A stretch of DNA of 64,000 nt, taken from positions 6,200,001-6,264,000 of the forward strand of contig OZ365112.1 in assembly GCA_977030845.1 (NCBI GenBank), given 5' to 3'. This stretch comes from Fimbriosthenelais zetlandica. Lineage: Eukaryota. Shown here in pieces: positions 52,501-64,000 of the stretch; positions within the stretch are counted from its first letter, which is position 1; each line of letters starts with the position of its first letter. Position numbers and translations under genes: made by a program. The notes beneath the pieces are model-generated. The model was not told the DNA's origin. It saw only the letters and a list, made by a program, of their open reading frames with translations, and made no database searches.

Positions 52501-53574
52501 ATGATGCATATCACACTTTACGCCTGGTCCATGTCACACACGGAACAATCTACAGAAAATATATACCAATTCTAACATCCCGGGTCATGGTGCTCGGGGA
52601 AAATCTGTGAGTTTGCACTTTGATTTTAGAATTAAAAGAAGAATAAAATGTGGCCTCGATTCAGCATCATTAGGCTTGAAGTAGGAGAAGGGGTGCTTGG
52701 TAATCAAAGATCTGATGTAAGGGGTTGGGTAAACATTTGGAGACTGGCGCCACAAACAAGTCTCACATTCCTTTCAACCAGGTTCAGTACTCCAGAAATA
52801 AGTTTTTTAAAAGATAAATGAGAAATTATTTCAAATGAGGACTTGCTATAGATATAAATCTATATATAAGCGCAAATTTTCTTGACCCTCCGCTCAAATG
52901 CTATGTTTTCTTACCCAAACTGTGAGAGGCATTGGATATAGGCCTGGATGAATATCAAAACGACCACCATGCTGCACTGCACTGCTCATTGCCTGCACAT
53001 TGGGAATGCAGTCAAAGGGGAATAAATCTAATTCCTTTTCTATTCAGCCCAATGCTTTCTTAGGTAACCCTTCCCAAATTGTTCCCGCCACCCATATGTT
53101 CAGATACATGGGTTAGTTCTGCGATGACATTGCCATACCAATCATGCCTTAACACTAAGTTCATTGAAGGCTTGGAATCATGTAGGTTGTCTGTACCACT
53201 ATTACAGTGGAGGGAGGAGTGAGGTTAGCCTCAGGATATGAGGGTGAGAGGGACTGACTTGTCTGCCTGACCTAGCCCAGATGACTTGGAAGTAAAGGTA
53301 TTTATACTAGACCAGGAGATCAATTGAGGGCACTTTTTCCTCAGGCTAGAGTTAATCTATAGCAGATAGCGGTCTGCAGATTTCCCCTCTATTCCCTATC
53401 CACCCACATACGGGACGTGGGTGCACGATATATAATAATAGGTCTATATGATAGAAAACCCCTTGCAGGTGGTGCAGATTATTCGGGTTTCATGACTGAC
53501 TTCCAAGTTAAGTTAAGTTCTGAAATTAACTTCTTATGCATTCGGTTTTCAGTTGATTTATTGCTCGCGAGCTT

Positions 53575-53760
53575 CTCCCGCCCACCCCCAACCCACTCTC
53601 CTGCTCATTTTCCCTTCACAATCTGCTCCTAAACATCCCCCTACATGCCAGCTCCTCCCATTTTCCCTTTCTCCATTTCCCCTCCTCCTCCCTCCTTCCC
53701 ATTCATTCTCCTTTCCCCGTTAGTCCTCCCGTTCTATTGTCCCCCATTCCCACCCAACCA
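53575..53760 (+). repeat. C/T-rich low-complexity tract
   Basis: Runs such as ccctcctcctccctccttccc and cccaccccaacccactctcc. Confidence 0.6.
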
Positions 53761-54108
53761 CTGCGCACTATATCCAGCTCCTAGCAGGTGTAGCGAACTA
53801 ACTTTAGCTCATCCTCACAAATTATTTACGTTTATTGCATTATTAATGTCATACAGCAATAGCAGGAGGGCTCCCCGGGGGGAGGCTGGGTAGGATGGGA
53901 TGATAATGGTGATGAGCATCATGTGGGGGCACTATATAGGGGTACGGGATTGCGGCTGGGTCGCAGCCAAATGACAGGCTTTTTCTTGTAAATATTTGGC
54001 CTGCAGAAAAAAAGGTACTCTTGTGCTTCTATCAAGCTTTGAAGCCATGCCAAATTTCTCTAAAATGACCATTTTTCTCTTTAACATCTAACAGGTTGTA
54101 TGTTTAGA

Positions 54109-54178
54109 GATTGGATACTTAGGATTGGATACTTAGGATTGGATACTTAGGATTGGATATTTAGGACTGTATATTTTG
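54109..54178 (+). repeat. 14-bp minisatellite (GATTGGATACTTAG): 3 perfect copies, 1 with one mismatch, 1 degenerate
   Basis: Units start at 54109, 54123, 54137, 54151 (C>T) and 54165 (degenerate). Confidence 0.9.
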
Positions 54179-54344
54179 AGTATGTGGGTCCGAATATATC
54201 ATGAACCAAACTAAGGAGCAGCCAAAATGATGAATATTATCCATAAAATAGCCACCAGGTCCATTGAGCCTCTTCTTTTACTGAAAACAGCATACTTTCA
54301 GATAGTGATTCCCTATAAGCCTGAGAAGATGCCTGAACATAGAA

Positions 54345-54728
54345 ATGTGCATGGATGATGAGAACGTCAATATGACGGGGAGAGATGTCTGTGAAAGGAG
54401 CTTGATTGGCACCATGCAACCCCTGATGTTGAAGGGGTGGGATGAGGACATGGGCAATACTGGCTACTGTCAAGTAGCCCTGCCTCACCTAATAACACAT
54501 CAATTCCTCTCATTACCCAAGCTACATGATATGTCAATCAACCGCATGACATGCTCTCTTATCATACACAGGCTTTTATTGATTTCACGTCCCAAACTCT
54601 TACATGATTGGGCTGTTGTAAAAGATAGAAGCACACGCATCATATGTGGGTATGATAGGATGTTTCCACTATGTCCCTGCAGCATTGATTTCATACTATT
54701 ATCGATTCCGGACATTTTTAGAAAATAA
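54345..54728 (+). pseudogene. Possible decayed L1-clade ORF2 C-terminal remnant
   Basis: KGWDEDMG...SIN...IIHRLLLISRPKLLH...RIICG resembles the order and spacing of W..DLG...S.N...KIIHRWY.TP..LH...C.RCG in fish/amphibian L1 ORF2. By eye only. Confidence 0.4.
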
Positions 54729-57700
54729 ACGTGGAAATAGTAGACACAGCTCATCCTTAAAATCAGATTAAATCAAATGTTTTGACAGGGTGAATATCAA
54801 ATGTGCGTGTATTTGTTCCGATTCCTTTTACATGCCTTTTACGCAATATATTACACATATGAACTGCTCATATATATGATGAAAGGGATTATTTGTCACT
54901 ATTGCAGAGAGGAACTTAACACATGCATTAGAATGGACTGCCTCCTACCGAGACAGTTTCCAGCACTTGGTCAGCAAACATGCCTATGCAATTCATTGGT
55001 TTTAAAACCAATTACTTCCCAAAGCTCTGCAAACACGTTCCAATGAAAAATAAAGAGCAAGAAAAAAAGAACCTGCTATTAAAAAGCAAGGGAAAAGCGT
55101 AGTAAGCTAATTCTGCGATGGAATTTTATTGCTCAGTGAGTGTTTTCTATCACGTCATTCTGTGCCATGGAGTGACCCTAGAGCCAGGTGGCTGGCCAGT
55201 GCCTAGTGTCATGTGAGAGCTAATTCGGAAATTGCTGGGAAAGAGAGTTATGTCCTGGAAATGTCACCGGTAAAGAGTATCCCTGCCAGGATGTTCTGTG
55301 AAGAGAGTAGGTTCCTCAAGGTTTCGTAATTCATCATTCACCCCTCCCGTCCCACCATCTCCATTTTCGCAGGGCTCCCCCACCTCATAACAACTCAAAA
55401 AGAGATAAATTCAGCAGAGCAAACGTGCATCGTTCCAGCCATTTGTTCCTTACACGCCTCCACAATGGCTTTCATCCACTTTTCACTTTTTCACCGGGGG
55501 AGTCGGATGCTTTATTAACTGACTAACAAATAAAGATTGCTGGCTGCGGAAGGAAATTGCTGTAATGAATGGCAATGGAGATCTTTTTGAACAGACTGGC
55601 TTCTGGTTTCTTCACCAATTTATATTTTCCAGAGAAGTATTCCCGGGGGAATGTTTTCCGAAATGAGCCAGCTGCATAAAGAAGGGCGTGTTTCACTGAT
55701 ACTGCAAACCATACACGTGATCAACATAATCGTCATCATCATTCTCTAGGCCACTTTTATTACCCATTATAAGTGACGGTACTCAAGCGATAAATATCCA
55801 ATTATAATTCCCCAGAAAAACATGTTTAGGGCAATCCACAGATGCATGTTTTAATTAGTTTCACATTATCAAGCTCATTATCAGCTGTTTTTTGGTTATT
55901 CGCTGGTCTCTTATTGCGAGATTTATGGGATTTTTAATATCAATATTAGATCTTGGCAAATTAAGACCGGAGTGGTGGATCAGCGATGTGAAATGTGGGA
56001 TTTGAGATGGACGTTGATATAATCCAGTGTAAATGAGGCAGATGTAGCTGTAGAGCCCACTGCTCCCGTACCTCCACCAGACCTGTGCTACATTCATTTA
56101 GTATGAGGAAGAGGGACGACTTGGATAATGATGGCTGACGTTAAGGCCAGGAGAGAACGATACAAGGCCTCTCACAAGACCTCTCAGACCTGGCACCTGA
56201 GACCTAATGAACTCAATGCCCGAATCATGCATTTAAACTGGGTTAATAGGAATAAATGTGATGTATGAGTTGAAATAACTCAAAAAAGGTCCTCTGAAAA
56301 CAGGGTAAATAAATATATGGGTCTCATGTAATGTTCTGTACCTCATGCTAAATTAAAAGAACAGTGGATATATTCTTGGGTATTATTAAAAAAGAGGCAA
56401 CATCATGGTGTTTTCCTTCTTTTTTACCCTTTGATTAAAGGACATCATGACAGGAGTTGTTATCATGAATTGTAGGCTCCTTTTCGCACACAGGAAATGA
56501 CCAGAGAATGAATGTGCAAAGTGATCTCCATCCCGAGGCAGAATATAATGGCTATCACTTTTGACCTTTCCAGCGGAATAGGTCCAGACAATTAATCGAT
56601 CTATGATAAATATGGTCGTGTAGTGATCTGATCGTGGGAGAAATCCACTCTAGAACATAGAGACGTTCCATAGACACAAACAGAAGTTTTGTGGCGGTAT
56701 TTTTCTTGCATCAACCTACAGATCTACCCTTTGATGATTCGATATAAAGGCTTGCACGCAAGGAAGTCTACTAGGAATAAAACATCCTTCAAGATTCCAG
56801 AAAACTTGTGTACAATTTTCCAAACCGCAATTCAAGGCCCAAAGTACTGTGATTAATTTTAAGGGACACCTGCGCTGCAGTGACCTTTCCTATTACTCAA
56901 AAGAGTATAATGCTCTGCTACATGCGTATATCCATTGGCTGGGTGAAAAGTATAGCATAGTAAATGAGAATATTCAATGTGTAAAATCAGTAAAATGTAC
57001 ATGTAAACGTTCATTATATAAAGGCCATCAAGGTAAGATGTAAAAGCTAGGGTAAATTCTAAAATAACCCTACTACCTTTTAACATTTTTCATGGACATT
57101 TTATGCTGTTATACACCCTTCGGTGCATTCTCAGTATGAAGACCTAGACTTAGAAATAATAACAATTTACTGACCAAATAAAATAGTAATTTTCCACTCC
57201 TATATCATTTATAGGGTCTTTGGAAGGCTGGTGGTCAGTGTCAATATTACATATAAGATGACCAGTGGAGAGAGTGACCACATACTGGGTTAGGCTGGGG
57301 GGTGACCTGTGTATGGGGTATAAGTGGTACAGGAGTAGGACTTGAAGGAGGTGCCTTATGATGGAGTAGTCAGGAAGGTACAAGAGAGCAAAGGCGTGCT
57401 TTCAATTTTTAATGTGCCTCTGAAAAGCCCTCCAAAAAAACTTATACATCAATGCCAAAAAGAATCCCATCCATGGGATTGCAGACACCTCTTCTGTCTC
57501 CATTTGATATTTGCCACATCAGCGTTATTGCTGGTTTGATATTTCCCACAAATTAAAGAGAAAAGAATTCTTCTTGAAAGCCTTAAACCATTGTAACAAC
57601 TGGATGCAATTTCCAAACACCGAACAAAGAAAAGGATTTAAGATCATTCAAATTCAAAGACAAGAGTATTGTTTCTGCTAATGCTTCAATGTGCAACATT

Positions 57701-58201
57701 TTCCAGCAAATTAGTTTCAGACGAACAATGATCCATAAAAAAGGTGACTTAATAAGTCGGAAATGAGCCTGTGGACAGGCAGAAAACCAAGTAATTGCTG
57801 AAGATGCTACCTTCATTCAAAGGATATGAAAGATGATGCAGTAGCTATAGTTCCTAAAATTCTGATGCAATGGCGAACAACAATGATTGGGAAATGAGTC
57901 GGGACCCTCACAAAAGAGATCAGAAACTGTCAGTCATCCCATGGTCTTTGAAGTGTCTATACTGTCATATTCCTCTGAGCAGATATGCAATATGAATTCA
58001 TCAGCCAGATTATCTTGCTTCTCTTGAGTTGTACAGTACAAAGCTTCATATCAGCGGCTCGTACAATCTGTCGGTTGTTTAGGTGAAGTATGTTGAAGTG
58101 TTGGAGCACACCAAGCGTGAAATAGAGATGAAACAAGGCTGATGATGTGGCCCATCAAACACTTCCAGAATAACTTTATAGTCTTATGAATATATAGTTT
58201 A

Positions 58202-58396
58202 ATGGAGGAGATGAATTATTTACTAATGAGCAAAATCATGTTGATAGGAGATTTTAACCTAGATGAACATAGTAGGCCTAAACGTAAGGACATAGGTTTT
58301 TTCTCTCGAAATATATTACCTGAATTAGATGTTGGTCTGGGGCTCACTTTAGGTGAAAAAACGTGCTTGGGAGTTAGAAGGGGGGATTTGGTTTGA
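58202..58396 (+). pseudogene. Apurinic-like endonuclease (APE) domain fragment of a non-LTR retrotransposon
   Basis: KIMLIGDFNL motif, followed about 45 aa later by T..G...DLV. This fits the GDFN...PT..G..LDLV spacing of LINE endonucleases. Bounded by stops. Confidence 0.5.
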
Positions 58397-58401
58397 AAGA
58401 G

Positions 58402-58480
58402 AAAAATTATGACCTTGTTGGGATTCGAACCCATGTTCTTGTACTACTCTAAATGGCACCTTACAATATACAAGTAATTA
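58402..58480 (-). pseudogene. tRNA-derived fragment (intact T-arm/B-box, degenerate 5' half)
   Basis: Minus strand GGGTTCGAATCCC (58432-58420), followed by aacaaggtca and a T5 run. Confidence 0.5.
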
Positions 58481-58507
58481 AGGGAGTTAGAATAAATAAG
58501 CAGTTGG

Positions 58508-58606
58508 AAAAAAAGCGAAAACGCGGAACATGGCAGGAATCGAAGCTAGTTTGACATGCCCCTCGTATTGAGAGTTCATCTCTTTAACCATTCGGCCACT
58601 GACTGC
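58508..58606 (-). pseudogene. tRNA-Ser/Leu-type pseudogene
   Basis: A-box TGGCCGAATGGTTAA (58598-58584), B-box-like GCTTCGATTCC (58546-58536), downstream T4 and T7 runs. Anticodon and T stems do not pair. Confidence 0.55.
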
Positions 58607-58805
58607 TTGGATCTGTTGGTGTTCAACAAATTGTGGTACATGAGAAGCGACGGTGAAAAGGAAAATATATTTAATATCAATTCATAATTTAAAACTTTTA
58701 AAAACTACCGAATGTATCAGCTGAATGTGTCTGGTCAGTAGAATAATCAACCTCCGTGGTTGGGGAGGTTCTGGAAATATTACCATTTGGTTTACTACCT
58801 CTAAC

Positions 58806-58894
58806 GGCTGTTCTCGTTGGCCCAGTGGTCAAGGGCGCTGGTAGTCTGATGTAAGTTTTAACAGACTCGTGGGTTCGAATCCCCACAACAGCCA
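58806..58894 (+). pseudogene. tRNA-Leu-like pseudogene/derivative
   Basis: 7-bp acceptor stem GGCTGTT/AACAGCC plus A, A-box TGGCCCAGTGG, T-arm GTGGG-TTCGAAT-CCCCAC (one extra C). No canonical anticodon arm; an AGTCTG/CAGACT stem with a 13-nt loop instead. Confidence 0.6.
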
Positions 58895-59300
58895 TGGTAG
58901 TGGTCCCGTCTGTAAGTTTCAAGTGAAAGACTGGTGAAGTCTCCCACGTTCTGATCATAGCTTGATTTGCGTGGGCCCGCGTTCAATCCGTAAAGGTGGA
59001 ACACTTGCACTGATCATATGTGTGTACGGCCATGGAGCAATTCGCCACAGTGATCAGTTGGTTATCAAGTGTGTAGCCTTGCCAGGGTTGATATGCCAGG
59101 GTGAATGGATCCGGTTGACTAAGACTAACTCACCAAAAAAAAAATTTATTTATATTTTAAACTTAAATTTTGTTTGGAGGGTGTAAGATGACAGATGGGA
59201 AATAGTGGTAGAAATATTTAATAACGCTACGAATAGGGTGATGGGTATTGGAAATTACTGAGGTGAGTGTGTGTGTGGTGGGGGCAGGTATGTAGGTATG

Positions 59301-59510
59301 GAAATATTTTTATGAAACATGCCCCAAACACAGAAAGAGATATGGTGATGGTGCAAGTGATAGTTGTAGTTAAAATGTCCCCAAAAGGGTGACAGATAAT
59401 ATTCTGAAATATTTTATGAAAATTGCCCCAAATAAGAGTATGCGAGAAATTAGTAAATTATTGAAAATATTTTATGAAACAAACCCCAATTAGAAAGGAG
59501 ATGATGAGGT
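59301..59510 (+). repeat. Degenerate minisatellite with a period of about 50-57 bp
   Basis: Core GAAATATTTT(T)ATGAAA-(4-5 nt)-CCCCAA at 59301, 59406 and 59463, plus a partial AAAATGTCCCCAAAA at about 59372. Confidence 0.65.
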
Positions 59511-59760
59511 TCGGAGGGGATGAGACACAGGGTTAGGGACAGAGGGGAGAGATGGCTGGAGGAAAGGGAAATGGTGTGCTCGGGAGAATATAAGAGACAG
59601 TGGAGAACATGGGGGATGGGAGAGATGGTATAGGAGAAGGTATAAGGGAGGGTGAGGGTGGTATAGTGAATGGGACAGTGGCTAAGTAAGACAGGGTGAC
59701 TGGGAGAACTCAGAGAAGGGCATGAGAGAATTCAAAGAGCAGATTATTATAGGAATGATT
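59490..59760 (+). repeat. G/A-rich low-complexity tract
   Basis: Purine-skewed run (gggagggatgagacacagggttagggacagaggggagaga...). Confidence 0.6.
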
Positions 59761-60719
59761 GGAAGCAGGAGGAAAAGGATGGAGATGGTGAGTCCCCTGT
59801 TAGAAATTTTACATAGTGATGGAAATGAAATGTGTTTAATTGTAGCACATGCTTGTACTTGCCCAAGCACTAAAACTAATGTAGTGATCGATGATGAAGT
59901 TTGCTAGCCTCCATCCAACAATATGTCACCCGTTTTCATTAAATGAGTTTAAAGTCGTAAAGGTGAGATATAAGTGGCTTGTACACAGTGCTTTCAGGCC
60001 AATAGCATCGAATGGCCCTGTGCGACTTTAGACTCGCTTACAGAAAACACCTCAAAAATGCAAGAAGCAAAGGAGCTGATTTGGCTGGACGGACCTCCCC
60101 TCGCTGACCAACCGTCAAAAGCCTTGCGAATTTTGCCTGTTTTGTATCGAGAAAGGTATCAAACACCTACCGACTGTAAAGCTAGGGACCTAGGGTAAGG
60201 CTAGCCAAAAGGCGGTCTCAAGGTTCTTGCAAGGGAGAGACCTGGGATCTGGTAGACTATAGTTCTTCCAGAACGAGAAGTTAACTTCTCATTCTGGAAG
60301 TAATAAATGACTAGGTGGATGAGAGCCCCGGGCTGAGCAGCAATAGTAAGATCACTTCATTAGAATGAATTTAATTCATGCATTCTTCTTCAATTATTCA
60401 TGGTACATCAACTCAAGATGACTGTTGACAAGTCAAGGGTACATCTTCGTTATGACATTGACTTTACCTTTAAATGATGGGAGTTACGGTAATGTCAAAG
60501 TCACCTATATATAGAAGGGCTGACTATAGAGCCTGAAATAAATGCTGTCTATAGGGCACTTAGGTATTATCCCACTCAATTTGTCAAGGGGGTCTCATCT
60601 TGCCCCGTGGATGTATAGGGCATGCCCACTGTGCAGTAGATATATATTGCCTAGATGGCCCTAGAGAAATGGTTAACCTAATGATATTGCATTGGCACGT
60701 ACCACTGGGTGCTCTTTGG

Positions 60720-60870
60720 TGCCCTCAACCCCTCCTCTTACTCTCCTTCCCTCCCTCCTTCTCCCCTCCCCCTCTCTTTTGTTTCTCTTTCTCCCACCCC
60801 TTCAATCTTCCTGCCACTTCTTCACAATCTCATCCACTCTCTTTTATTTTTCTCCGTCTCCCTCGACCAC
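60720..60870 (+). repeat. C/T-rich low-complexity tract
   Basis: ctctccttccctccctccttctcccctccccctctctttt... Confidence 0.65.
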
Positions 60871-63003
60871 TTGTTCCCAAGACCCAATGGCCTGAATCAG
60901 AAGATAGGGGATCGATGTAAAGGTTGTTTCTGTGTAAATCTAACCGGGCCAAAACATCATCAATAATTAAGCTTTCCCACGGGCCTGGCGTGCTTTCTGC
61001 TGACGTTATTTAATGCTGGTAGGCCAGAGGTGAGGGTTAGTTGATACATGCCCGCTATTGTAAGCATAACTTGTGGGACTGCCATATACTCTGGAATAGC
61101 AGCAATTGGCTTGAGAACCTGCTCAGTGGCAGACGGGCCTTCGTGACTAGAGGACCCAAGAGTCTGGCCCTAACATGCTTCCCAGACTCTGGAACCCTCT
61201 AAGTGGGTTTATGAATAAAATTAATTTTGAAAAACAAAATTAGAATTAATATTTACAAATATATTGTCCTATTCTTTATTGGGACTCTTCTGCATTAATC
61301 TTATTAGGATAGATTTGTAAGGGGAGATCTCACCTGAAAAGTACAAGCAGTGTATTGGTGTTGGTCAGTTGGACGGGTCAGTTTCTAGCAGGTGCTTAAC
61401 ACCCCAAGCTTGATGGTGATATTCCGTGCTGAGACCCGGCCAAGCTAAGCCTGACCAATCTCAACCAGCTCATCCATCAGCCCAGTCTTCCCAGGACCTG
61501 GCCTGGTCTTGATAATTAATGAACAACCCAGGCCACGTTCAAAAGGCAAACCCAAGTGTAATTATAAGTCATGGTATACGGCACAATAGCCAAAGCTGTA
61601 TCACTATTGACACTTGAGTAGCGATACACTGAAGGTGATAGATACAGGTGTGATGCTATCATGAAACGGTAATCAATTATATGAAGTCTCTAATGATTTT
61701 ATCATCATACTTGATGATAATTTTATGGAAATTGACAATAAATTCAGAGTAAGGGATGTGGGTGTTGAGGGGCATTGATATAGCATTGACGGGGGTCTAG
61801 ACGCTGCTATAGTCTGTCAGACAGGCAGGCCTTGTCGGAAGGGGAAGAATTGATTGGTTTTGATCATGCTCACTGATAATAAAGGGCAACACTTGTTTCC
61901 CCACTGCAGGATATTAGAAATCACGCGGCGATCCACACTGCTCATTATATGGTGTGGTGTGCCATTGATGAATTGGTCAGGTGTAAATTGACCGCGCCAC
62001 CAGCGAGTGTGTGTTCACTGCATGGTGAAACTAATTAATGACATGCCATGCCGCCCATCAAACTCTCCAAATGCTCAATAACTTCAGATTAAAACTAATT
62101 GCCTCGCTCTGTATTTGTTGTGGTTTGTATTACTAAATGTAGGACACTCCATTTTGAATACGGCTATTGAAGTCCACCCAGACTTCATTGATCTTTCAAA
62201 TGATTTATATACAATAAATCAATCGAGACATTCACATCACTGATGATATATCTATAGTGGCAGGTGTCCAAAGATCAGGTTCCTTCACCTTCTACCTTTT
62301 GAGTAATTCTAGTTAAAATGACTTTCTCATATTGTAAAGTTCACACGCTCTTGGCGAGCAGTATACAAAAGATTATAGCCCCAGTAGGAGGGCTTGAAGG
62401 CCACCTTGCCTTTGGACCATGTGTTTTATGACTATAGCCTAGGCGTGTGAGCTTCTTTCTCCATAACCTTTTCCATGGATTTACATACGAGCAGTCGACC
62501 CCTACATGCAAGTGTGTTATCACCACCCATCATTCTATCAGCATACCAGCCCTGTGTCCCCGCCCGCCCTCCACCTATACCATGTCAAACCACAATCAAT
62601 TCTAACTCACACTTTCATCGTTTTGTCAGCTCATCAAAACTTCATATGCATGAGGAATAGTCTGGTTTATAATAACATGTAGGTCAGGTGAATTTATGTT
62701 AAGTCAGAGCAAACTGGGTTAAAATGACCAAAACTGCTTTGAATTAGTTGGAGGACTTGCTATGATAAAATCTTTATACTGGGAAGCTAAACACACTCAG
62801 GACACTTGTAGAAAATGGCGAGAAGGTCCCTGGATGTTCTGATTCTCAGTAATTTAATCAGACCAATAGAAGCCAATAGAAGTGGGCCTGACACAAATCC
62901 TAATTTTCTTATACTACTCCGAGTTACTCCAACCGACTTAACGCCATGGCCCAAGCCTCGCTGCAAGCTAGAGCTATTGGAATGTGGTGATGGCAGCAGT
63001 GGA

Positions 63004-63021
63004 GGTGGTGGTGGTGGTGGT
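63004..63021 (+). repeat. (GGT)6 microsatellite
   Basis: ggtggtggtggtggtggt. Confidence 0.85.
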
Positions 63022-64000
63022 TGGGGGACTCTTGAGATTCCTTGGGGATAAATCTTGGATTTGCGTGCAAGTTGAAAGTCAGATAAGGCAACATGATGAA
63101 ATAGCAGGTATAAAGAAGTGCTATTTTGTCTCCTTGACCTATCAAATACAGCTCTCTCTAACATGTGTTATATATTAGAAGCTACCAGACCATATGGTCA
63201 CATCTCTCAACTGATTTTTTCCCACAATTTATTAATTACAAAAGTGATTTTCACGCGCATTTTGTTTAAATACAAACTAATTTTCTTAAGCTGAAAACAC
63301 CCCTAAGACGATTAAGTATATTTCCTCCTGATAATGGTAAAGGGTAATTGGACCAGAATGTAAAGGCAATAATGAGTAATAATGGGTGGAAGGACCTTTT
63401 GGTGGCTTCGCTCCAGACAATGGACAAAGCAGACAATGTGAAAACAGATTACCTCGTGAATAAGATATGCGCGACACATACTTAAATCTTAGGATAATGA
63501 AGCAGTGCTTCTAAGCGTGTGGAGATAGATGGAAGGAGCAGCAGCAGAGAGGGGGTTAAGCTCAGCCCATTCAATGCTCCCAGTGAGGAACCACAGAGCT
63601 TCTGGATATAAACCGACATGAGAGATCTTCAATACAAAGCCAGTCATTTATTGAGAAGTCTATGTAGGTCTGTAGTACAATGGCCGATACATCCCTGCTG
63701 GGACGTGGAAGCAAATGATACCAGACGCCGTGTCTCTTTTATACCACCTCTTCCACTATAAGGCCAGACCAGTACCCTGATAGCAGCCAGCAAACATCCT
63801 GCAAACAAGGCCAGCTCAGGAACTTGTCAGAAACTGAAGCGGCCCATCATATTTTTCTCCCGGATCCAGGAAGCCAGAATCAATAACTGAGTGAGCTCCA
63901 TACACAATACCATGATATGGCCAGGTCCGTCCCAAGGAATCCTTCGATTACTCTGATATTTCTTTTACAGATATGTGGGCTGTGTGGATCAACCATGGTC

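Larger units (their letters stand above)
1345..64000 (-). other. Probable large intron (or intron plus upstream intergenic DNA) of the minus-strand gene
   Basis: An internal exon needs an upstream exon. None could be confidently identified; the region has only short ORFs (178 aa or less) and decayed repeats. Confidence 0.45.

Noticed and set aside
59301-59510. CRISPR array
   Set aside because: Repeats are degenerate and few, linkers are related to each other, and no cas genes are present.
62787-63164. 125-aa poly-Pro ORF with a hydrophobic stretch as the gene's signal-peptide exon
   Set aside because: Poly-Pro comes from a pure (GGT)6 microsatellite, there is no credible donor after the hydrophobic stretch, and the ORF ends in a stop.
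385-63477. The short ORFs of the supplied track as genes
   Set aside because: All are 178 aa or less, of chance-like size and overlapping in conflicting frames. Those at 385-1343 are shadows of the real minus-strand exon.
1-64000. Prokaryotic operon, defence island, CRISPR-Cas or phage system
   Set aside because: No gene-dense organisation, no long ORFs, no regular repeat-spacer array. Splice signals and repeat types indicate a eukaryote.

Overview
Eukaryotic, vertebrate-like DNA with no prokaryotic gene organisation. The one well-supported coding feature is absent from the ORF track: a 1248-nt minus-strand exon (1344->97). It has a branch point, polypyrimidine tract and CAG acceptor, a G|GTAAGT donor, and phase 1 at both ends. 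It encodes about 416 aa of cysteine-free, Ser/Thr/Pro/Gly/Glu-rich protein with 17 N-glycosylation sequons and an acidic, Tyr-rich end, i.e. a mucin/proteoglycan-like extracellular spacer of a gene I cannot name. The remaining ~62.6 kb behaves like intron or intergenic DNA. It holds two small PIF/Harbinger-type MITE families (two copies each, with 3-bp target duplications), several fold-back hairpins, minisatellites, faint non-LTR retrotransposon remnants, a housekeeping-promoter-like motif cluster and a cluster of three tRNA-derived pseudo-elements. I found no convincing novel multi-gene system. All alignments and translations were done by eye and no database searches were run.
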